A program made the position numbers and the translations under genes. The notes below the pieces were generated by a model. It searched no databases. It saw only the letters and a program-made list of their open reading frames with translations, and was not told the origin of the DNA. DNA of 64,000 nt from Nitrososphaerales archaeon (GTDB lineage: Archaea > Thermoproteota > Nitrososphaeria > Nitrososphaerales > UBA213), in contig CBDAOC010000020.1 of the NCBI GenBank assembly GCA_965197925.1, forward strand, positions 128,001 through 192,000. Reading direction: 5' to 3'. Below, in pieces: positions 54,626 through 64,000 of this stretch. The stretch's first letter is position 1. Each line of letters begins with the position of its first letter.

Positions 54626-55741
54626 TTATTCCTTTCCAAATTCCTTTTCTAATTCTATAAACAATGATTTTTGTCTATCATTCAACTTTGTAGGAAGCTT
54701 CACGTAAACTCTAACCAATTCATCACCCCTTCCATAACCGTCATTTTTTGGTAACCCTTTTCCTTTAATTCGCAAGACAGTATCCGGCTGTGTTCCCTGG
54801 GGAATTTTTATTAATGTGTTACCATCAAGCGTTGGTACTCTTACTTCAGCACCTAGCGCGAGCTTCGAGATTGATAATTCCATTTCGTATAATAAATCGC
54901 TATTGGATCGTTTGAAAATGTCATGAGGTTTTACCTGTACTTTTATGTATAAGTCACCACTAGCACCACCGTTTGAGTGCTCGCCTGCACCTTCGATTTT
55001 CAACATATTATCATCTTCAACACCCGCCGGTATCTTGAATCGCAATTTTTGGGGTTTTCTTACATGGCCTCTACCCTTACATGTCTTGCACGGTTTGTCA
55101 ATTATCAAGCCTTCACCACTACAAGTTCTGCATGGTTCAACCGTAACGAAGGTAGAAAACCTCGACTGATTCATAACATGCCTAACTTGACCTTTACCAT
55201 TGCATATAGAACAAGTTCTAGGCCTCGTTCCAGGTGCACTACGACTTCCCTTACATTCATCACAATTAACAGTTGTATACACCTCGATCTCTTGTTCTAC
55301 TCCATGTAGAACATCTTCAAGAGTCAACTCAGCTTCATAGACAAGGTCTTGACCACGTCTATTAGTGCCAAAACCAAATGGGTCACCCCTTCCAGAAAAT
55401 ATGTTAAATATATCCTTGAAACCAAAATTACCAAATCCAAACCCTATATCTTTGAATATTTCTTCAAAATTGGCTTCTGACCCTCTGAAGATATCTTGTT
55501 GGCTTGAATATCTTCCTGATAACCCTTCATACCCATATGTGTCATACAATTGCCTCTTTTCAGTGCTGGATAACACTGCATAAGCTTCAGAAATCTCCTT
55601 GAATTTGTCTTCGGCTTCCGGTGCCTTATTTCTATCAGGGTGATACCTTAATGCTAACTTTCTATATTCTTTCTTGATCTCATCAGCACTTGCATTTTTA
55701 GATACACCTAAGACTTCATAATAATCTCTCTTGTTGCTCAT
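54626..55741 (-). CDS. dnaJ: Chaperone DnaJ
   Basis: HPD J-domain; four CxxCxG zinc-finger repeats. Confidence 0.96.
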   Translation of the reverse strand: MSNKRDYYEVLGVSKNASADEIKKEYRKLALRYHPDRNKAPEAEDKFKEISEAYAVLSSTEKRQLYDTYGYEGLSGRYSSQQDIFRGSEANFEEIFKDIGFGFGNFGFKDIFNIFSGRGDPFGFGTNRRGQDLVYEAELTLEDVLHGVEQEIEVYTTVNCDECKGSRSAPGTRPRTCSICNGKGQVRHVMNQSRFSTFVTVEPCRTCSGEGLIIDKPCKTCKGRGHVRKPQKLRFKIPAGVEDDNMLKIEGAGEHSNGGASGDLYIKVQVKPHDIFKRSNSDLLYEMELSISKLALGAEVRVPTLDGNTLIKIPQGTQPDTVLRIKGKGLPKNDGYGRGDELVRVYVKLPTKLNDRQKSLFIELEKEFGKE

Positions 55742-57705
55742 TGCTGTTCCTGCTTGCCTTCTTCAGTACCTGTAGTCTGGTCTTGGCTTGCTCCTGTAGT
55801 CTGGTCTTGGCTTGCTCCTGTAGTCTGGTCTTGGCTTGCTCCTGTAGTCTGGTCTTGGCTTGCTCCTGTAGTCTGGTCTTGGCTTGCTCCTGTAGTCTGG
55901 TCTTGGCTTGCTCCTGTAGTCTGGTCTTGGCTTGCTCCTGTAGTCTTTCCTGCTGCCTGATAAACCTGTGCGCTTACCTCACCTAAAATATTTTTTAGTT
56001 CTTGAATTTTTGTTTTCAAGGTATTGATATCACTACCAATCACTGCTTTCATAGCAGCAACCGCTGTATTGATCTGTTCTGTCTGTTCGCTTGTAAGCTT
56101 ATCTTTAAGATCTTGTTTGACCAATTTCTCCGCAGTATAAATCAAATTATCAGCTTCGTTTCCACTTTCCGCGTCTTCCTTCCTCTTTTTATCTTCCTCA
56201 GCGAATTGGTCAGATTCTTTCTTTAGTTTCTCTATCTCCTCCTTCGAAAGTTTTGTGGTTGCCGATATAGTTATCTTCTGTTCCTTCGCAGTTGCAAGAT
56301 CCTTTGCAGATACATGTAGTATCCCGTTGGAATCTATATCAAATGTAACTTCTATTTGTGGAACACTTCTTGGAGCAGGAGGAATTCCATCGAGGTTGAA
56401 CATTCCCAATGATATGTTATCAGCCGCCATCGATCTCTCACCCTGCACAATATGTATTGTGACCGAAGTCTGATAATCTGCAGCAGTTGTAAATATCTTG
56501 CTCTTCTTCACAGGTATAGTTGTGTTACGCTCTATCACTGGTTCACGTAAACCACCAAGAACCTCTACTCCAAGCGTTAGTGGGGTTACATCTAACAGTA
56601 CAATATCCTTTGAAATATCTCCCCCAATAATTGCACCCTGTATTGCAGCACCAATAGCTACTGCTTCCATTGGATCTACTCCTCCTTCGGCTTCCTTACC
56701 CATCACTTCTGCCACAAATTTAAGTAGAATTGGCATTCGAGTTGGCCCGCCTATTAAAATAATTTTATCAACTTGATCTGGCTTTAGTTGTGCATCTCCC
56801 AATGCTTGCATAATAGATGATTTGCAACGCCCAACTATCGGCCTAACAATATCCTCCAATGTAGAGCGGGTAGATTGCATTGTTAGGTTCTTGGGAGAGT
56901 TGGTAGACTTATCATATGAGATAAATGGTAAATTAATTTCTGTAGTCATAGTTGATGATAATTCTATTTTCGCCTTTTCTGCAGCTTCCCTTATTCTGGT
57001 CATAGCGGTTCTATCACTGGTTAGATCCGTACCACTTTCTTCTCTAAACTTGTTAATTATGTCATCTACCAACACATTATCCATGTCTGTACCACCGAGT
57101 TGTGTATCACCTGATGTACTTTTCACTTCAAATACACCACCGCCCAACTCCATTATAGTAACATCTAAAGTACCTCCTCCAAAATCAAAGACCATTATCT
57201 TCAGATCCTTCTCTGCCTTGTCAAGACCATAAGCTAGGGAAGCAGCTGTTGGCTCATTGATTATCCTTACAACTTCCAAACCTGCAATAGTACCCGCATC
57301 TTTAGTGGCTTGCCTTTGATTATCATTAAAATATGCAGGAACAGTTATCACTGCTTTATCGACAGGTTCGCCCAAAAAGGTTTCCGCATCTTTCTTGATC
57401 TTCTGTAGTATAAATGCCGAAATTTGTTGTGGTGTGTATTCCTTTCCATAAACTCTGAACTTGAAGTCAGAGCCCATCTTGCGTTTTGCTGCAATAACCG
57501 TACCGCCAGGATTGGTTACAATTTGCCTTCTTGCAGGTTCACCAACCAGTAGCTCCCCATCTTTGGTTAGAGCAACTACAGAAGGAAAAGCCTTTCCACC
57601 CAGAGTTACCCCTTCAGCAGCAGGTATAATAGTAGGTTTGCCACCAACTATAACTGCCGCTGCACAATTGCTAGTACCCAAATCTATACCAATTATCTTG
57701 CCCAT
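55738..57705 (-). CDS. dnaK: Chaperone DnaK
   Basis: [32 protein letters not shown]. Confidence 0.97.
   Translation of the reverse strand: MGKIIGIDLGTSNCAAAVIVGGKPTIIPAAEGVTLGGKAFPSVVALTKDGELLVGEPARRQIVTNPGGTVIAAKRKMGSDFKFRVYGKEYTPQQISAFILQKIKKDAETFLGEPVDKAVITVPAYFNDNQRQATKDAGTIAGLEVVRIINEPTAASLAYGLDKAEKDLKIMVFDFGGGTLDVTIMELGGGVFEVKSTSGDTQLGGTDMDNVLVDDIINKFREESGTDLTSDRTAMTRIREAAEKAKIELSSTMTTEINLPFISYDKSTNSPKNLTMQSTRSTLEDIVRPIVGRCKSSIMQALGDAQLKPDQVDKIILIGGPTRMPILLKFVAEVMGKEAEGGVDPMEAVAIGAAIQGAIIGGDISKDIVLLDVTPLTLGVEVLGGLREPVIERNTTIPVKKSKIFTTAADYQTSVTIHIVQGERSMAADNISLGMFNLDGIPPAPRSVPQIEVTFDIDSNGILHVSAKDLATAKEQKITISATTKLSKEEIEKLKKESDQFAEEDKKRKEDAESGNEADNLIYTAEKLVKQDLKDKLTSEQTEQINTAVAAMKAVIGSDINTLKTKIQELKNILGEVSAQVYQAAGKTTGASQDQTTGASQDQTTGASQDQTTGASQDQTTGASQDQTTGASQDQTTGASQDQTTGTEEGKQEQQ
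55769..55946. repeat. 24-bp perfect tandem repeat, about 7.4 copies, encoding (TTGASQDQ)n in the DnaK tail
   Basis: Unit cctgtagtctggtcttggcttgct. Confidence 0.95.
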
Positions 57706-57710
57706 ACAAA

Positions 57711-58235
57711 TCATTCCTCATCAGGTTTAATATTAATTTTCTTTGAAATTTCTACTAGGCTAGGTCTTACAACTCTACTCCTTGACATATATCCTTTCCT
57801 GATCTCTGCGGTGATAGTATTTTCTAAATATTCATCGTTATCTATGAAGAATACAGCTTCGTGTATACTAGGATCGAATTTTTTGCCAACGGCATCTATT
57901 TCCTTAATTCCTTCCTCTTTCAGAGTGAAATCAAGATTCTTAAGGATTGATTCCAAACCGTTAACTAGTTCTGGATTGTCTCCACTCTTCACAGTTTCCA
58001 TTGCACGGATATAATCATCTTTCAATTCAATCAGTTTAATTAAAAATCTTTCAATCTCTTTCCTTAACATTATTTCTGATTCCCTTTCAACTTGTTTCCT
58101 ATAATTTTGATATTCTGCAAGAAGATATTGGTATTTGTTATGATACTCTTCAGCGTCAGCTTGCTTTCTCATTAATTGTTCCTTGAGTGTTTCTATTTCT
58201 CCATCATCATTGGTTTCCACCAAGCCAATCACCAA
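57711..58235 (-). CDS. grpE: Nucleotide exchange factor GrpE
   Basis: [20 protein letters not shown]...RPSLV. Confidence 0.93.
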   Translation of the reverse strand: MVIGLVETNDDGEIETLKEQLMRKQADAEEYHNKYQYLLAEYQNYRKQVERESEIMLRKEIERFLIKLIELKDDYIRAMETVKSGDNPELVNGLESILKNLDFTLKEEGIKEIDAVGKKFDPSIHEAVFFIDNDEYLENTITAEIRKGYMSRSRVVRPSLVEISKKINIKPDEE

Positions 58236-58284
58236 TACATAATCACTGTAACATTATAACAATTTTTAATAGAGACCTATAAGC

Positions 58285-59421
58285 TTATCCCTGTATCTCA
58301 ACTTCACATAGGGGATTAGCTTTCACAAGTATCATATCAGATTTTGGGTTGTTCTTGGTAATTCTTTCATAATCATGTTTTGAGCATGCTATGGTAATGA
58401 CAGTTTTATCTTTATGGTATACATCGAACGTCTCTCCACGGTGACTTTCGACATCCCCAATATAGTCCTTTAATTTCAATTCAAGAGTTGCAAGCAGATC
58501 CAATTTGTCTCCACGCATTTCATTTGCATCAATTGTCCAAGCTATAGCAACTCTTGTTCTGCTAGCCTTAAGCTCTTTCTTCTTCAAGACTTCCCGTACC
58601 TGATCAATTAGATATTTAACATAGTTTTCGCTGCTTTTTATACTTCCATTAACTAGATACATTAAAGGCCCTGCGCTTTCGAGTGAGGAGCTTACGGCGC
58701 GAAGATCAAAGAGGCCATTGGTCATATCGTCAAAATATAGTTCCTTGAACTCCTCTTGATCCAACTGTTCCTTTGCAGTAGAATCATGTACATGTTTGCA
58801 CATCTCAAATATACTAGCAAGATATGAATAGTGAGCCAAGACTCGTATAGCATGTGTAAATTCTGCAGTGCCGAGATCGACGATTTTGGGTTTTCCTTCA
58901 GAATCCTGCAAAAATTTTACCATATTATTATCATTCTTAGATTGAAAAGACCCAATTGGATGATTCTCAAATTTTTCTGGGCCAATAGGCATGTAGTAAT
59001 AGTTAATGTCCAAGCCGACCTTCATTCCCGTTATGTGTTCAATCAATACTATGTTTTCATTGTTTCCACCCAATCCAGTAGGAAGATTATAGATTACCGA
59101 CGAGTCTTTTTTTAGCGGTTTAATTGCATCCTTGAATTTAGTAGAAATATCTCCTCTTACTTCCTGTCCGGTTCTCCTTATCCTGGGCGCAAAGAAGAGG
59201 TAGTTTGCATCCCGTATGGCCGAGTCGACCGGTTCCAAACCCAACAAGGGTTCATCATCTAATAAGGAATTGACATTAGGATAGGTCCTGGCAATCTCTG
59301 AGTGTATAGTAATTGCACTTCCTTGCAATTCGTCTATGATAGCAACTTGGGCATTCTTTTTCGCAAGAATAGATGCTATCTCATAGCCTTCCGTGCTTAA
59401 ACCATACACTACTGCTTTCAT
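58285..59421 (-). CDS. Divergent nucleotide-sugar-dehydrogenase-like protein
   Basis: MKAVVYGLSTEGY Rossmann-like start and similar layout, but no GGxC catalytic motif. Confidence 0.6.
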   Translation of the reverse strand: MKAVVYGLSTEGYEIASILAKKNAQVAIIDELQGSAITIHSEIARTYPNVNSLLDDEPLLGLEPVDSAIRDANYLFFAPRIRRTGQEVRGDISTKFKDAIKPLKKDSSVIYNLPTGLGGNNENIVLIEHITGMKVGLDINYYYMPIGPEKFENHPIGSFQSKNDNNMVKFLQDSEGKPKIVDLGTAEFTHAIRVLAHYSYLASIFEMCKHVHDSTAKEQLDQEEFKELYFDDMTNGLFDLRAVSSSLESAGPLMYLVNGSIKSSENYVKYLIDQVREVLKKKELKASRTRVAIAWTIDANEMRGDKLDLLATLELKLKDYIGDVESHRGETFDVYHKDKTVITIACSKHDYERITKNNPKSDMILVKANPLCEVEIQG

Positions 59422-59698
59422 CTCAGCCAAATCATTTTTTAAGGAATGTATCTGCACTAAAAGCTTTTCACATGCACAATTCTGTATTATTGCACAGTTG
59501 ATATTTGCGTGACCGTTTAGCACATATTAGTATTGAATTTCAATATGATGAGTAACCGGAGAAGAACTGGAAAAAATATGACTACATAAATGAGGCTTTA
59601 ACAACCTTTATTCCTTAGGATAATCATGTATTTGTATACGGGATCAGTATATCAAGTAAAATTATAAGGATGAGAATGAGTAAGACGAATGGCCCGGA

Positions 59699-59792
59699 AG
59701 CCCGGTGGAGAATCACTTTATTCGCCGAATGTAGCGGTCAAGCATAGGGGCCTTTGGAGCCCTTGACCCCAGTTCGAGTCTGGGCCGGGCTA
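59699..59792 (+). tRNA. tRNA-Gln(UUG) with 21-nt intron between positions 10 and 11 (59709-59729)
   Basis: Removing AGAATCACTTTATTCGCCGAA gives a complete cloverleaf AGCCCGG-TG-GTGT...CT TTG GA...TTCGAGT...CCGGGCT-A; junctions form a BHB. Confidence 0.9.
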
Positions 59793-59821
59793 CTTTCAAT
59801 ATATAGTCCCTCTTAGCACCG

Positions 59822-60030
59822 GGCTCTGTAGAAACCATACTATAAAGACAGTCATTCTGTGCATATTGTAGGCAATTACCCTAAATGTAAATTCCCTGTT
59901 CTGCATCTTAGCAAGTCTTGATGTCGCATACTCTCCAAACATTCTCTTTGTCACTAAAAATGTAGTCTTATTCTTGTTCCTTTGATAGCAAAGTTGTTTG
60001 TAGAATCTCCTCTTCATATGCTTCCGGTAT
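59822..60030 (-). mobile_element. Right-end remnant of an archaeal IS5-family element
   Basis: YQRNKNKTTFLVTKRMFGE...QNREFTFRVIAYN; end ggctctgtagaaacc. Confidence 0.75.
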
Positions 60031-60094
60031 CTACTGATTGCAAGAAGTCTATGAATTAGGCGATGAACAGATAAGAGTTAAGGAGGGATAAATC

Positions 60095-60289
60095 ATGCAT
60101 GAAATTAAATCTGCATTATTGAGAAGGTCGGAAATAAAGTGGCTATTAGTCAAAAAAGACGTATCCAAGTCGTATGAATACTACATGAAGAGCAATATAA
60201 AGAAGAAGCAAAAGACTTTAGTAGAACTGGAATTACCTTTACTTATAAGTAATGGTTTCACAAGCAACATGGACCTGTGTATTTACTAA
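60095..60289 (+). CDS. Small basic hypothetical protein, possibly a mobile-element relic
   Basis: 64-aa ORF preceded by a purine-rich aggaggg; no family assigned. Confidence 0.4.
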   Translation: MHEIKSALLRRSEIKWLLVKKDVSKSYEYYMKSNIKKKQKTLVELELPLLISNGFTSNMDLCIY

Positions 60290-60396
60290 GAATCTTAGAG
60301 CTAATTCTAATGGAATAGGGGAGACAAGTCATGTTGAAATTGTAGACGAAAATATACAGATTTTATCTATAAATAACAAGAAACAAAAAGAAATTG

Positions 60397-60550
60397 AGTT
60401 GTTCCCCGTATCTGACCCACAAGGAATCACAGGTAGCTACTCGCTTTACCTCCTCCCGCACTCTCTACGGGGTGCCTGCTGTTGCACAGCTGGGTGAAAC
60501 CGAGAATCATTATTTTCATCTCAATCCGTCTCTGTGCGTTTTTGCAGGCA
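60397..60550 (-). ncRNA. Two-hairpin archaeal box H/ACA pseudouridylation guide RNA
   Basis: Hairpin 1 GCACAG/CUGUGC, pocket, K-loop, then A-ACA; hairpin 2 CCCCGUA/UACGGGG, pocket, K-turn, then A-ACA; followed by a U-rich tract. Confidence 0.8.
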
Positions 60551-60574
60551 TATGAAATAAAACTTAAGGATCTA

Positions 60575-62215
60575 TTAAATTTTCAAAAGGTCAGAAATGT
60601 TGAACTCGAAGACAGAAATTGGTACACGCATCTTGAATTTATCAATAGTTTCTTTATTTACTTCTCCTATTCTACCCACACTTTTATTATTAAGGATGAT
60701 CTCTGCAGACTTGCCATTAACAAGTATTGGGTGGCTTACAGATCTTGTTTCGAAATGTATATTAAATAAGGATTGAAGTGTCGATTGCAAATAAGATCTC
60801 GCTTCTGTATAATCTGCATCCTTGTGAGCTATTGCAACAGCAATACTCCAAGATTCTTCAGCGGTCAAATTAGCAAAAATGACTTTCCCGACTTCGAATA
60901 TTCTCTGTGGATAAGGCTCGTGAATATTTTTAGAGAGAGTGAAAATAATTGATGGGAGAAGAGAATTCCGGAGCACAATAGGCCCAATACTCTTTGATCG
61001 TTCGATTGCAACGATGTTGTTTTGGTTCCTATTCATTAGGTTGTAATCAACTTCGTTACTTACAAGAGTGGAGTTCATCACCTCAATCATCCCAAGTGCA
61101 ATTAGAACTTCACGGACTTTATCCAGTATAGAGGAAAACAAATCTCTTGAGCCCACAGAACTTGATTGAGGATATGTTGCATCAAGTCTGTAGATGCCGT
61201 AACCTATGGCAATGTCTTCGACGAGATCAATATCATGCATTACATCTGTCCTATACCGTGGGATTTTACATCTTACAGCATTCCCATTCTTAATTGCGCC
61301 TATTCTACTCCTTTGCAGACAATTCACTATCTCAACTGCACTAAGATTAAGACCAAGAAGCTTATTTACATAATCAACCTTCAATTTCCTAATATTCTCC
61401 TTCATGTTTGGTGTTTCCACTCCCTTGCGCCCATAGTTGACCTTTACTGTATTGATCTTAAACTTTGCATCGTACAGAGTAACTGCTAGGATGGCAAGAG
61501 CATCTTCTGCCGCTTTAAAGTCCGTAGCTGTTACTTCAATAAACAAGTTCTTATTTCTTTCAGTTACTTTTGTTAGTTCAGAGTTGATAATAGGTGGGAA
61601 TGACAAAACGTTTCTATCTCCATCCTTAATAATCGGATGCCTTGTACAATTGTCAAGAATAGAACTATATTGTCTACCAACATCAGTATTTTCTGAAATT
61701 TCCTTCAAACTCATACTCCTATCAGAATTTAATGGAATAAATTTAAATTCTGAATTTTCAGTAGTGTATAAAATTGGCGATTTGATTACATCATAATTAT
61801 GAATCCCTATTGAAATTCTCTTTCTATTTCTTCCAATTCCCTTATGAATATCTTCCTGCATCGATATTATCTGCCGTATTCCCTCTTTGTCCAACTTGCC
61901 ATTCATAGCCACCAATGCGACAACGTAGGGTCTTACTTTGTTTACGCTTTGATCTATATTTACAGAAATTCCACTTTTCCCATATTGGAATTTTGGTAAG
62001 CCCTTATCGATTGAAAATATTCCATTCAAAGCTCTTGCAATTCCATAATCTGTTGAAAAGTCGGGTCTGTTGGGATTGTATTCTACTCTAACATAATCTT
62101 TAGCTTGTTCCTCAATATCCAATGCGATTTGTGGTAACATTTCCAGTATTTTCTCTACGCTCTTTCTTCTGACAAGCTTCTTCAAGCGATTATGGTAGAG
62201 AGTTACAACGGGCAA
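60575..62215 (-). CDS. pheT: Phenylalanyl-tRNA synthetase beta subunit
   Basis: NPNRPD, SFPPIINS, RYRTDVMHDIDLVED; probable TTG start (MPVV). Confidence 0.93.
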   Translation of the reverse strand: MPVVTLYHNRLKKLVRRKSVEKILEMLPQIALDIEEQAKDYVRVEYNPNRPDFSTDYGIARALNGIFSIDKGLPKFQYGKSGISVNIDQSVNKVRPYVVALVAMNGKLDKEGIRQIISMQEDIHKGIGRNRKRISIGIHNYDVIKSPILYTTENSEFKFIPLNSDRSMSLKEISENTDVGRQYSSILDNCTRHPIIKDGDRNVLSFPPIINSELTKVTERNKNLFIEVTATDFKAAEDALAILAVTLYDAKFKINTVKVNYGRKGVETPNMKENIRKLKVDYVNKLLGLNLSAVEIVNCLQRSRIGAIKNGNAVRCKIPRYRTDVMHDIDLVEDIAIGYGIYRLDATYPQSSSVGSRDLFSSILDKVREVLIALGMIEVMNSTLVSNEVDYNLMNRNQNNIVAIERSKSIGPIVLRNSLLPSIIFTLSKNIHEPYPQRIFEVGKVIFANLTAEESWSIAVAIAHKDADYTEARSYLQSTLQSLFNIHFETRSVSHPILVNGKSAEIILNNKSVGRIGEVNKETIDKFKMRVPISVFEFNISDLLKI

Positions 62216-63645
62216 TGCGGAATACTCCTTAGCCATGATAACTTGTTACTGTAAAGTTCCCTTACATCATCGAGTCCATACCTCAACATTGCAATCCTCT
62301 CTAATCCACCACCCCATGCAAGTACTGGATTTTTTATACCAACTGGTAAAGTAACTTCAGGTCTGAAAATACCCATTCCAAACAGCTCAACCCATTTACT
62401 CAGCTGTTCATGGTAAACCATTGATTGCAACGATGGTTCCGTATAGGGAAAGAATGAGGGCCAGAATTTGACCTTTTTCAAACCTAGTTTATAATAAAAT
62501 TCTGTCTGAAGACCCATCAGATCACGCAAAGTAACGTTCTTGCCAACCACTACTCCTTCTACTTGATAAAATTCAGCTAAATGCTTATATGTTGATTTTT
62601 CATTTCTAAAGACCCGCCCAGCTGAAAATACCCTAGCCTCAGCAGGTTTATTGTCAGCAAGATAACGGATCGTAACAGGAGTTGTATGCGTTCTTAATAC
62701 TAATTTACGCGCATCGTTAATATTCCATTTGTAGCCCCAACCTTTTTCATGAATACGCGAAACACTATTTACCATTTTCTTATCAGCAACACTACTATCC
62801 CGTAGATCTGCAATGTAATAGGTATCCTGCATATCTCTGGCAGGGTGATCCTGAGGTGTGAAGAGGACATCGAAGTTCCAGAAGCTGTTCTGCACCAACG
62901 GACCCTCAATCTCCTGAAACCCCAAGCCTATGAAAGTTTCCCTTACTTCATCAATAATATCCTGTAAAGGATGCTTCCTACCTGCAAATATTATGGGTGC
63001 TGATGCGGTTACATCTATAGCTATTCTTGTTTCTGGTTGCTTATTTACCGCCTCAACTAAAGTAAGACCCTGCTGTGATAGTTCGATTTCCTTGCTCTTC
63101 GTTTCACTCTCTTCAACATAATTTGGTCTTCTTCTTAACGAATGATAAGCGGCAAGCTCCTCTTCATGCAAAATATCTACTGAAATCCGGCCTCTTGCCA
63201 ACCTTGCAAGTAAAATTTCTTCATTTGATTCTTCTAAATTATTGGAAGCTGTAATCACCGAAGTTTTGTCTATAAATCTTATCCATCCCTTTCTCTTAGC
63301 AATTGAGATAGCTATATTAAATTCATTATCGTTGAGCCCGAACAGCTTTTTTGCTTCTAGTATTGCAACTTGTCTATTGAGTGAACGTAAAGAATTAATG
63401 AATTTCCTTTCAGGTAGCCCATTTAACACGGCCTCAGCACCCTCACTTCCAATGTTTAGGAATTTCGCAATATTTTCATTAACATTAATCAGACCCTTGT
63501 GCTTAAGCCACTCTATTCCTCTCCTTACTTGATCTTCATTCAGCCCTGTTTGATGAGTTAGAGTAACAAGTGTCAGCTTGCCTTGAGAAAGTTCTTTTAT
63601 CAGGATGCGCTCGATTTCATGAAGTGTATTAATATCGAAAGTCAT
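62203..63645 (-). CDS. pheS: Phenylalanyl-tRNA synthetase alpha subunit
   Basis: PQDHPARDMQDT, LRTHTT, FFPYTEPS, GLERIAM. Confidence 0.95.
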   Translation of the reverse strand: MTFDINTLHEIERILIKELSQGKLTLVTLTHQTGLNEDQVRRGIEWLKHKGLINVNENIAKFLNIGSEGAEAVLNGLPERKFINSLRSLNRQVAILEAKKLFGLNDNEFNIAISIAKRKGWIRFIDKTSVITASNNLEESNEEILLARLARGRISVDILHEEELAAYHSLRRRPNYVEESETKSKEIELSQQGLTLVEAVNKQPETRIAIDVTASAPIIFAGRKHPLQDIIDEVRETFIGLGFQEIEGPLVQNSFWNFDVLFTPQDHPARDMQDTYYIADLRDSSVADKKMVNSVSRIHEKGWGYKWNINDARKLVLRTHTTPVTIRYLADNKPAEARVFSAGRVFRNEKSTYKHLAEFYQVEGVVVGKNVTLRDLMGLQTEFYYKLGLKKVKFWPSFFPYTEPSLQSMVYHEQLSKWVELFGMGIFRPEVTLPVGIKNPVLAWGGGLERIAMLRYGLDDVRELYSNKLSWLRSIPHCPL

Positions 63646-63698
63646 TTATTCATCCAAGAGAAAAAGACTTTTTAAACGTTAAGATGATGGTAGCGCAA

Positions 63699-64000
63699 AT
63701 GGCAGATCGCGATGCCTACACAGTTACTCCTTGGACTGTAGAAGGTGAGATTGATTATGACAAATTAATGCAAGAGTTTGGTACGCAAGCAATTGATTCT
63801 GAAATTATGGAAAAGTTAATGAAATATACAGATGACATGCATCCATTTCTAAAACTGAAATACTTCTTCAGCCACCGAGATCTTGACTGGATACTGGATA
63901 AGTATGAAAGGGGTGAGAAATTCTATCTATATACTGGTCGTGGGCCTTCGGGTTCTGTACATTTAGGTCATATAATGCCTTGGATATTTACAAAATACAT
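63699..64000 (+). CDS. trpS: Tryptophanyl-tRNA synthetase (5' part, runs off the window)
   Basis: VTPWTVEGEIDYDKL...FSHRD...YTGRGPSGSVHLGH. Confidence 0.93.
   Translation, partial: MADRDAYTVTPWTVEGEIDYDKLMQEFGTQAIDSEIMEKLMKYTDDMHPFLKLKYFFSHRDLDWILDKYERGEKFYLYTGRGPSGSVHLGHIMPWIFTKY

Noticed and set aside
59545..59595. AUGAUGA upstream of tRNA-Gln as a possible C box
   Set aside because: No CUGA D box at suitable spacing

Overview
Archaeal chromosome segment, AT-rich, most consistent with Nitrososphaerota (Thaumarchaeota): Tes tetraether synthase, GatDE, Cdc48, archaeal PheRS/TrpRS, grpE-dnaK-dnaJ, BHB-intron tRNAs. About 4.4-25.3 kb is a surface-glycan island (nucleotide-sugar dehydrogenase and epimerases, several glycosyltransferases, an Agl24-like enzyme). 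It is heavily eroded by IS5-type and related elements and carries inverted, decayed paralogues of its own genes. The rest is mostly housekeeping. Features missing from the ORF track: (i) a two-hairpin H/ACA-type guide RNA just downstream of pheT (K-loop and K-turn, two ACA boxes; one pocket fits 23S helix 69); (ii) tRNA-Gln(UUG) with a BHB intron at position 10/11 and a 5' leader that can stand in for the acceptor 5' strand; (iii) SRP RNA and an intron-containing tRNA-Leu(CAG); (iv) a nurA-herA pair without mre11/rad50, behind a 9-bp x9 tandem repeat and three related winged-helix genes; (v) an HSR1-like operator before hsp20-cdc48; (vi) several small or broken ORFs. All product calls come from recognising motifs by eye; no searches were run.
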